Source: an uncultured Pseudomonadales bacterium (GTDB lineage: Bacteria > Pseudomonadota > Gammaproteobacteria > Pseudomonadales > JAHEIH01). From it: 64,000 nucleotides of DNA. The translations under genes and the position numbers were made by a program. The stretch covers positions 371,247 through 435,246 of the forward strand of contig CAZRAM010000001.1 in the NCBI GenBank assembly GCA_964598145.1, written 5' to 3'. The notes under the pieces are model-generated. The model did no database searches. It worked only from the letters and a program-made list of their open reading frames with translations, and was not told the DNA's origin. Positions 10,516 through 17,368 of this stretch are shown piece by piece. Every line of letters begins with the position of its first letter. Position 1 is the first letter of the stretch.

Positions 10516-11120
10516 TGAACCGTCGTGAACTACTAAAAATGATCGCCGCGGCGACCGGTGCTAGCCTGATTGGTGCCGACGCTATGGCCTATGTGGAAAT
10601 GCCGGCAGCTACGCCGCTGGAAGAAACGGGCTTTAGCAAAGACGATTACGCCCTCTGGGAAGCGGTATGCGATGCCATTATTCCCCGTACCGACACGCCT
10701 GGGGCCGTCGACGCGGGCACGCCAGCCTTTACCCTACGCTTTGTCACCGACTGCTACGACGCCAACCAATTGGCCCTATTTAAGGCCGGCTTGGTGGACC
10801 TCGAAAAACGCAGCCAACAGCAGTTTGGTCAATCGTTAGCGGCGCTGACCGCACAGCAACGCCACGATTTTCTGTCGACGGTAAACAATGAAGCCAACGC
10901 TTTCAACAGCGGTGAACCCGCTGGCCAAGGCGCTTGGGCCGTGGTGGCCACGAAGGGTCTTCCTCACTACTTTACGCTGATGAAACAAGTCACACTGTTT
11001 GGTTTCTTCACGTCTGAACTAGGCGCGACCAAAGTATTGCGTTACGTGTCTGTCCCCGGCCGTTACGACGGTGAATTCGCCTACAAAAAAGGAGACCGCG
11101 CATGGGCGCCCGAGTATTAA
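10515..11120 (+). CDS. gluconate 2-dehydrogenase subunit 3 family protein (small Tat-signal subunit)
   Basis: Twin-arginine leader MNRRELLKMIAAATGASLIGADAMA. Its start overlaps the stop of the GMC gene, the usual pairing for this family. Confidence 0.75.
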   Translation: MNRRELLKMIAAATGASLIGADAMAYVEMPAATPLEETGFSKDDYALWEAVCDAIIPRTDTPGAVDAGTPAFTLRFVTDCYDANQLALFKAGLVDLEKRSQQQFGQSLAALTAQQRHDFLSTVNNEANAFNSGEPAGQGAWAVVATKGLPHYFTLMKQVTLFGFFTSELGATKVLRYVSVPGRYDGEFAYKKGDRAWAPEY

Positions 11121-11866
11121 TTCCTGTCGCGGCTGCGCTGTTAAGCGCCGCTGCTGCAGCCCACCACGAAGCGACCTTCGAGCATATTCCGCTCGAAGAA
11201 CGTATAAAAATGGCGGAAAAAACCGAGAGCTGGGCTTACGAGCCACCCATCGTGAGTATTGCTAAAAACGGTGTGCCATCTGATGCCATTGAACTAATGG
11301 CTGGCGATATGAGCGAATGGGAGTCTACCAAGGGTGGTGAGTCGCCCTGGGCGTTCAAGCGCGGCGTCGTAACGGTAGCCCCAGGTAAGGGAGATATTCG
11401 CACCAAGCGGTCGTTCTGCGATATGCAATTGCACTTCGAGTGGAAAACACCCACCGATGTTAAAGGTATGGAGGGTCAGCAGCGCAACAATTCTGGGATC
11501 TTTATCCAAGAGCGCTATGAGCTGCAAGTACTGGACTCGTACAACAATGTGACCTATGGCAACGGCCAAGCGGGTGCGCTGTACAAGCAAGTACCACCGC
11601 TCGTTAACGCCATGCGCCCTACCGGTGAATGGCAGAGTTATGACATTTTGTACACCGCGCCGCGCTTCAATGGCACCGAGCGTGTATCACCTGGTTACGT
11701 GACCTTGATGCACAACGGCGTGGTACTGCATAACCACCAGGAAATAGCCGGCACCACTGAGTGGATTGGTCCACCACAGATCGATCAGCACGGCTGTGCG
11801 CCGTTAAAACTACAAGATCATGGTAACAAGGTAAGTTTCCGCAACATGTGGGTTCGCGAGCTGTAA
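11102..11866 (+). CDS. DUF1080 (3-keto-disaccharide hydrolase family) secreted protein
   Basis: Signal peptide MGARVLIPVAAALLSAAAAA. The core LHFEWK...NSGIFIQERYELQVLDSYNN...GALY...LQDHGNKVSFRNMWVREL is typical of DUF1080. Confidence 0.75.
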   Translation: MGARVLIPVAAALLSAAAAAHHEATFEHIPLEERIKMAEKTESWAYEPPIVSIAKNGVPSDAIELMAGDMSEWESTKGGESPWAFKRGVVTVAPGKGDIRTKRSFCDMQLHFEWKTPTDVKGMEGQQRNNSGIFIQERYELQVLDSYNNVTYGNGQAGALYKQVPPLVNAMRPTGEWQSYDILYTAPRFNGTERVSPGYVTLMHNGVVLHNHQEIAGTTEWIGPPQIDQHGCAPLKLQDHGNKVSFRNMWVREL

Positions 11867-11883
11867 GCTCACGTCCCTTCTCT

Positions 11884-12339
11884 TCAGTCGCGATAGTGAA
11901 TGCTATCGCGGCTCACTTCCGCATAGGGTCGCATCGATCCATCTAGCATCAAGGTTTGCACGGTGTAGTCGTCGTGGCGTTCGCCCATTTCCATACCGGG
12001 ACTACCAATAGGCATACCTGGCACGCTCAAACCTAGGGCATTGGCGGGCGGATTTTCTAGAAAACGGCTCACAGCCGCCGCGGGGACGTGGCCTTCGAAA
12101 ACGTACTTGCCGATCACCGCAGAGTGGCATGACTGAGCGGCTGGGGCAATTCCCAGATCACTCTTAACCTTGGCAAGTGCATCGGTATTGCGCCCCTCTA
12201 GGGAAAAGCCCGCGCCTTGCATATGTTCAATCCAAGCGTTACAGCAGCCACAGGTAGGACTCTTATACACCTTGCCCGACCAAGTTTGCGCCAGCGGCAG
12301 CGAGGGAATAAATAACAATAAAAAAAGTAGTCGTATCAT
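11884..12339 (-). CDS. DUF411 (CopG-like) periplasmic metal-binding protein
   Basis: Signal peptide followed by the CGCC motif (SPTCGCCNAWIEHM), a DUF411 hallmark. I chose the ATG at 12339 because a GGAGG RBS lies 5 nt upstream. Confidence 0.75.
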   Translation of the reverse strand: MIRLLFLLLFIPSLPLAQTWSGKVYKSPTCGCCNAWIEHMQGAGFSLEGRNTDALAKVKSDLGIAPAAQSCHSAVIGKYVFEGHVPAAAVSRFLENPPANALGLSVPGMPIGSPGMEMGERHDDYTVQTLMLDGSMRPYAEVSRDSIHYRD

Positions 12340-12371
12340 GGCAACCTCCACTCTGATATACGCATCGTGCG

Positions 12372-13406
12372 CTAGAACGGTTGGCGCTGTGTATTGCGGC
12401 TAATGAATTTGGTCAGGGCGCGTTCGATGCTCGCTTCGGCTTGTAAACCGAGCTTTTCCATCAAACCGTGTTTTTCTTTGTAAGCCACGCTGTAGACATC
12501 GCGATTTTGCATTGCTTTGTAGATCACGCTATCGCTAGTGGAAATCTCGTCGACGAGGTGTTTTTCGAGCGCTTGTTTGCCAAACCATACCTCGCCAGTG
12601 GCGACGCTATCGATGTCGAGTTGCGGGCGTTGCTCAATAACGAACTGTTTAAAGAGATCGTGGGTCTCGTCGATTTCCTGCTTGAATTTCTTGCGCGCGC
12701 CGTCGGTGTTTTCGCCGAACATGGTCAGCGTACGCTTGTATTCACCGGCGGTAATCATCTCGAAGTCGATGTCATTTTTACGCAGCAACTTATTAAAGTT
12801 AGGCAACTGAGCGATCACGCCGATTGAGCCGAGAAGCGCAAAAGGCGCGGCGTACAACTTATCGGCGACACAGGCCATCATGTAACCGCCCGAGGCAGCA
12901 ACCTTGTCGACGCAAATGGTGAGCGGAATGTTATTTTCTTTAATGCGGTGCAGCTGCGACGCGGCTAGGCCATAGCTGTGAACCATGCCGCCGCTGCTTT
13001 CTAACTTGAGGATGATGTCATCGCCCTCCTCTGCCACCGACAGTACGGCGTCTATTTCCTTGCGGAGGTTTTCAACAGCGCTCGCTTTTATGTCGCCATC
13101 GAATTCTAAGACATAGCTTCGAGGCAGTTCTTTTTGCTCACTTTTCTGCTTTTTCTCCGCTTTTTCGCGCTTTTTCTCTTCTTTTTTGCGGGCTTTGTAC
13201 TCGTCTTCATCAAGCACCACGCTCTGCAGTTCATCCTGCAACTGCTCGAATTCGTCGTTCAACGAATCAATTTCAATGTGACCCTTGTGGCCTTTACCGC
13301 GGCGCTGTCCGGCTGCTGCAGCGATGGCGATAACCAGTACGATAGCAATAACAAAAGTGAGAGTTTTGGCGAGAAACATGCCGTATTCGGCGAACCATTC
13401 GAGCAC
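12372..13406 (-). CDS. sohB: inner-membrane peptidase S49 family protease SohB
   Basis: N-terminal TM helix, a Lys/Glu-rich linker and an S49 core (...DKVAASGGYMMACVADK...), with overall SohB architecture. Confidence 0.85.
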   Translation of the reverse strand: MLEWFAEYGMFLAKTLTFVIAIVLVIAIAAAAGQRRGKGHKGHIEIDSLNDEFEQLQDELQSVVLDEDEYKARKKEEKKREKAEKKQKSEQKELPRSYVLEFDGDIKASAVENLRKEIDAVLSVAEEGDDIILKLESSGGMVHSYGLAASQLHRIKENNIPLTICVDKVAASGGYMMACVADKLYAAPFALLGSIGVIAQLPNFNKLLRKNDIDFEMITAGEYKRTLTMFGENTDGARKKFKQEIDETHDLFKQFVIEQRPQLDIDSVATGEVWFGKQALEKHLVDEISTSDSVIYKAMQNRDVYSVAYKEKHGLMEKLGLQAEASIERALTKFISRNTQRQPF

Positions 13407-13499
13407 GAGAAATCCTTATGCGTATTAAAAAGCTTATCGTGCCGACTTGATGCCGCTAATGCAAGCGTCTAGCACGGCCACAGTTAAACACTATGGCGT

Positions 13500-13504
13500 T
13501 TATA
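13500..13504. repeat. 5-bp target-site duplication TTATA (left copy)
   Basis: TTATA lies immediately outside the left IR and is identical to 29839-29843 immediately outside the right IR. Confidence 0.85.
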
Positions 13505-13542
13505 GGGGTTCTGTGGAAGAACCGACAAATTTGACAAGTTTG
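13505..13542 (+). repeat. left terminal inverted repeat (IRL) GGGGTTCTGTGGAAGAACCGACAAATTTGACAAGTTTG
   Basis: Matches the reverse complement of 29801-29838 at 37 of 38 positions (T/C difference at position 6). Confidence 0.9.
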
Positions 13543-13554
13543 GCTCTAACACGA

Positions 13555-14604
13555 TCATAGCGAGCCCTGGAGTTGCTTAAACTGCCCCTGGATCATCGCC
13601 TTTTCCTGAAGTATTACCTTGTTCTCGTCAGTCAGAAATGCAATCTTGTCCTGGCAGGCTTTTAGTTCGGCTTTGGTGGTCTCCAATACTTGAGCTGACA
13701 CAGCCAATTCCTTGCTCACATCTGCTTTTTGGGTGGTGATCACTGCCATGTTTTCCGCCATTTGTTCATTTTTATGCTGGGAATCCCGATACTTCGTCAC
13801 GGCGTCTTCAAGCTCGCGCTTCAGACCCTGGATATCTTCTATCTTTCCGTTTAGCTCCCTGTTTAGCGTTGCATTGGCTTGTTCAAGTTTACCGGCGTTG
13901 CTTTGTAACTGTGCATTAGCATCAAATAACTCAGACGCTTTGGACTCGGCTTGGGTGAGCCGGTGTTGCAGATCACGAATCTGATCTTTTAATCCCTGAA
14001 TAACAGTGCGAAACTGTTCGCGCTCCTGCTGACGGTCTTCCGCTGTGCGCTGCTGATAGTGTTCAAAGTGCTCTCGAATATCCTTGTTTTCCTGCTTGAG
14101 TTCAGCAACGCTTCCCTTCAGTTCAGTAGTCCTCGCAATCGCTTCGTCTCGTTGGGACTCGGCTTTAACCAGGCTGATACGCGCACCTTCCAGAAACTTT
14201 TTTTCCTCACCTTTTTCTTTGTTTTGCCGCTCAATCTGGCTTTCAAGATCTTGTTGTCGAGCAGTAAGCTGCGCGATTGTGTTTTTGGAATCGGTCAACT
14301 CTTTACGAAGCTCGTTATTGAAACCTTCAAATTCCTGACGGGCCTGCTCGATACGATGGTCGGCCATTTGTTGTACCCGCTCATACAGCGACTTTACCAC
14401 TTCGATTAAGTCGTTCGGTAGCCCGCCGATATCAGCCGCCTCTCCGTTATCTGATCGCCAACGTTTGAGCAGTGGTGCGATGGTGCTTTTGCTGCCGGTT
14501 CCGAGGTGTTCACGCACCCGGTCTACAGTAGGTTCTTGGCGCTGACTTTTGATCGCTTCAGCGGCTTTGGCAACGTCGTGGTAAGTGACACCGGCACGGG
14601 CCAT
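13555..14604 (-). CDS. TnpT-like resolution accessory protein (KfrA_N-type N-terminus + long coiled coil)
   Basis: From the ATG at 14604 (AGGA RBS upstream): MARAGVTYHDVAKAAEAIKSQRQEPTVDRVREHLGTGSKSTIAPLLKRWR, followed by about 270 aa of Q/E/K/L-rich coiled coil. It is divergent from the tyrosine recombinase gene, as tnpT is from tnpS in Tn4651-type elements. Confidence 0.55.
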   Translation of the reverse strand: MARAGVTYHDVAKAAEAIKSQRQEPTVDRVREHLGTGSKSTIAPLLKRWRSDNGEAADIGGLPNDLIEVVKSLYERVQQMADHRIEQARQEFEGFNNELRKELTDSKNTIAQLTARQQDLESQIERQNKEKGEEKKFLEGARISLVKAESQRDEAIARTTELKGSVAELKQENKDIREHFEHYQQRTAEDRQQEREQFRTVIQGLKDQIRDLQHRLTQAESKASELFDANAQLQSNAGKLEQANATLNRELNGKIEDIQGLKRELEDAVTKYRDSQHKNEQMAENMAVITTQKADVSKELAVSAQVLETTKAELKACQDKIAFLTDENKVILQEKAMIQGQFKQLQGSL

Positions 14605-14697
14605 GTGGATTCCTCTCAGATTATTTAATAACGTATTATGTAACACGTAAAATAACATTATATTGATGTTTTTCAAATACGATTGAATTTCAAATAT

Positions 14698-14729
14698 TAA
14701 CTAACGATAATGACCATTATCGTTGGTTA
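14698..14729. promoter_or_regulatory. candidate resolution-site core: 32-bp dyad TAACTAACGATAATG-AC-CATTATCGTTGGTTA
   Basis: Perfect 10-bp arms (AACGATAATG/CATTATCGTT) around a 2-bp centre, extendable to 15-bp arms with one mismatch. It lies in the 204-bp tnpT/tnpS divergent intergenic region. Confidence 0.45.
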
Positions 14730-14808
14730 TGATAATCAGGCATAATTTTTTCACTTGTAACGCCGGTACATAGCCGCCTTTTGAGCGACCGCGATAGGAA
14801 TTAGATTC

Positions 14809-15837
14809 ATGCACAGCAAACCACCCAAATTGACCACTGACTTATCATTACGTAATGAGCGATCATATCAGATTGCCCATCGGGAATCCGAAGCGCTGCG
14901 TCACTATCTCCTGGCAGCCACCTCTGACAACACGCGCAAAGCGTATCGCTCGGCCATTCGCCAATTCGAAAAATGGGGTGGCCGACTGCCTACCGACAGG
15001 GATACTGTCGTGCGCTATCTACTGATCAAAGCTGAATCTCTCAACCCTCGGACACTGGATCTCCACCTGACGGCCATCGGCCAATGGCACTACTACCAGG
15101 GAGTCGCTGATCCAGTAAAAGATCCTCTCGTGCGCAAAACGATGGAAGGCATCCGCCGCACTCACGGCCAACCCAAACGCAAAGCCAAGGCGCTGCGCCT
15201 GGAGCACATCGCACAGATGGTAAAGCATCTCCAGCAACTACCAGATAGCAAGAAGAAGTATCGGGATATCGCACTGGTGCTAACGGGCTTCTTCGGGGCG
15301 TTTCGTCGCAGCGAGTTGCTCGCAATACAAGTCACGGACCTGGTGTGGGAGCCTGAGGGCTTGATCATTCGGCTGCCCCGTTCCAAGACCGATCAGCAAG
15401 CTACTGGCTTAGTGCGAGCCCTGCCTTTTGCAGGGAATCCAACCTGTTGTCCAGCCAGAGCAATAAAGCAATGGATGGATACCGCTGATATAGCGATTGG
15501 TCCGCTGTTTCGGCCGGTCAATCGCTGGGATCAGGTTCAAGCCAGGCAATTGAATCCTGGGGCAATCAATGATGTGCTCAAAACCCTTGGTAAAGCCTGT
15601 CAGTTCGATTTTGTCCCCGAACTGAGCAGTCACAGTTTTCGTCGCGGCCTCTCTACCTCGGCGGCTCGGGAACGCGTGGACTATGAACTGATTAAAAAGC
15701 AAGGAGGTTGGAAAAGTGATGCTACCGTTTGGGAGTACATTGAGGAAGGACAGCAGTTCAACAATAACGCGTCAGTCATTCTGATGGAAAAAATGAGTTT
15801 GCTGCTGAACGCTGAATCTCCAAAAAAGGGAAAGTAA
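14809..15837 (+). CDS. tyrosine site-specific recombinase (TnpS-like cointegrate resolvase)
   Basis: 342 aa with catalytic motifs R (FFGAFRRSEL), H-x-x-R (SHSFRRG) and GGW...Y (QGGWKSDATVWEYI). Confidence 0.8.
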   Translation: MHSKPPKLTTDLSLRNERSYQIAHRESEALRHYLLAATSDNTRKAYRSAIRQFEKWGGRLPTDRDTVVRYLLIKAESLNPRTLDLHLTAIGQWHYYQGVADPVKDPLVRKTMEGIRRTHGQPKRKAKALRLEHIAQMVKHLQQLPDSKKKYRDIALVLTGFFGAFRRSELLAIQVTDLVWEPEGLIIRLPRSKTDQQATGLVRALPFAGNPTCCPARAIKQWMDTADIAIGPLFRPVNRWDQVQARQLNPGAINDVLKTLGKACQFDFVPELSSHSFRRGLSTSAARERVDYELIKKQGGWKSDATVWEYIEEGQQFNNNASVILMEKMSLLLNAESPKKGK

Positions 15838-15849
15838 ACAGGATCGAAA

Positions 15850-16374
15850 TCATCTCGGTGCGAACATGATAATGCCCATCCCTACCAGAGTGACGGCCAC
15901 GCCAACAAAATCCCATAGGTGCGGGCGAATCCCATCCACACCCCATAGCCACAGCATGGCTGTCGAAACATAGACGCCGCCATAGGCGGCATAAACCCGG
16001 CCCGCGGTGGTTGGATGAAGAGACAGTTGTAGTTGAACAAATATGTTTGTAACCGTAACAAATAAGTCTGTAACTAAAACGGTGGAATGCAGGCTGTAGC
16101 GTGATTTAAGGCGAAAATCGTTCATTCAGTTACAAATATAATTTTCGGTAAGGCATATCTGACGACGGTAGAATCGGGGCTCCAGCACTGTCCAGTTACA
16201 GACTTATTTGTTTGCCCACAACAGTAACCAGGCAAACAACGCCAGGCTGAACGCAGCCGGCAGCAGAACCCATGCGGATGCCGATTTCTTCAGCCAGAGG
16301 TATGGCAGGTAGCAGCCGACTATTTCCGCAATAGCTGTGATGATAAACAAACCGAGCGTGTAGAGGATGGACAT
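15850..16374 (-). pseudogene. ynfA: ynfA (UPF0060 small membrane protein) interrupted by a 193-bp insertion
   Basis: The 5' part (16374-16226) encodes [51 protein letters not shown]. The 3' part (16022-15850) encodes [57 protein letters not shown]. Removing the element and one TSD copy restores a 108-aa YnfA-like frame. Confidence 0.85.
16028..16220. mobile_element. 193-bp non-autonomous element with Tn7-like termini (TGT...ACA), subterminal repeats and a 5-bp TSD
   Basis: The ends are TGTAGTTGAACAAATATGTTTGTAAC... and (reverse complement) TGTGGGCAAACAAATAAGTCTGTAAC... An 18-mer AACAAATAAGTCTGTAAC is present at 16057-16074 (+) and 16195-16212 (-), with a variant at 16036-16053. ACAGT is duplicated at 16023-16027 and 16221-16225. 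There is no coding capacity. Confidence 0.8.
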
Positions 16375-16388
16375 ACGAAGTTCTCTTG

Positions 16389-17312
16389 TTAGTGCTGATC
16401 CGTTTGGCTGGGCACGGGTTGATCCCGGCAAGCTTCTTCGGGCAGTTCGATTTCAATTGTGGTGTGAGCCAGCGGGTATTGTTCGAGCGCCATAGCAATG
16501 GATTGTTTGATGGCACAGTATTCGTCAGGGCCAAAAACTCCCTCGTGATCCGCTACGATATGGGCCGTCAATACATGCTGTTCACCATCCAGGGACCAGA
16601 GGTGCTGGTGATGAATTCCGCTGATGCCATTAATGCCAATTAGTGTTCGCCGGATCTCTTCGTGAAGCGCCTTATCTGGAACAGCCTGAAAGAAAAGCTT
16701 GCAGGTTACCCAAAGATTCCGACACACATTAAACAGAATAAAGAGAGTAAACCCCACCGATAACAATGGGTCGAGAATAGGCCAGTCGGCAAACTGCAAA
16801 ACGATTGAAATAATCAGCACTGCCACCCACCCCAGCACATCTTCCAATAAATGCCAGTTCAATACCTTTTCGTTCAGCGTATTTCCCTTGCTAAGGCGAT
16901 AAGCAGCAATACCGTTGACGGTGACGCCCAGAATCGCCAGCGCTAACATGCCCTCGGTGACGGGCATCACTGGATTGGCCAGTCGGGGAATTGCTTCGCC
17001 TAATACCCACAGCGATCCGGCAATCAATACCAGGCCGTTGATCAGGGCGCCGAACAGGGACAACCGCCGGTAGCCATAGGTGAATTCGGTGTCGGCGGAT
17101 TTACGTCCCAGCCGGTTCAGGAACCAGGCGCTGCCAATGGACAGACTGTCGCCCAGATCGTGCACCGCATCGGCCATGATAGCCGTGCTGTTGGTGAGCC
17201 AGCCGCCGATGAATTCGATGATGGTAAAGCCCACGTTAAGAAAGAACGCCATTGCTATGCGGCTTGCACTTTCATCTTTGTGGTGTGAATGATCGTGTTG
17301 ATGCATGAGCAA
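16389..17312 (-). CDS. cation diffusion facilitator (CzcD-like Zn/Co/Cd efflux transporter)
   Basis: His-rich N-terminus [14 protein letters not shown], the TM2/TM5 metal-site motifs HDLGD and HLLED, and a C-terminal cytoplasmic domain. Confidence 0.85.
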   Translation of the reverse strand: MLMHQHDHSHHKDESASRIAMAFFLNVGFTIIEFIGGWLTNSTAIMADAVHDLGDSLSIGSAWFLNRLGRKSADTEFTYGYRRLSLFGALINGLVLIAGSLWVLGEAIPRLANPVMPVTEGMLALAILGVTVNGIAAYRLSKGNTLNEKVLNWHLLEDVLGWVAVLIISIVLQFADWPILDPLLSVGFTLFILFNVCRNLWVTCKLFFQAVPDKALHEEIRRTLIGINGISGIHHQHLWSLDGEQHVLTAHIVADHEGVFGPDEYCAIKQSIAMALEQYPLAHTTIEIELPEEACRDQPVPSQTDQH

Positions 17313-17368
17313 CCCTTACACAATAAATGTACCTGCCCTGACCGTAACGATAAGGGCAGGCACAACGT

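Noticed and set aside
15850-16125. 91-aa [26 protein letters not shown]... taken as an intact gene
   Set aside because: Its N-terminal 34 codons are read from inside the 193-bp inserted element. Only the C-terminal part is genuine (the 3' half of ynfA). It is a chimeric artefact of the insertion.
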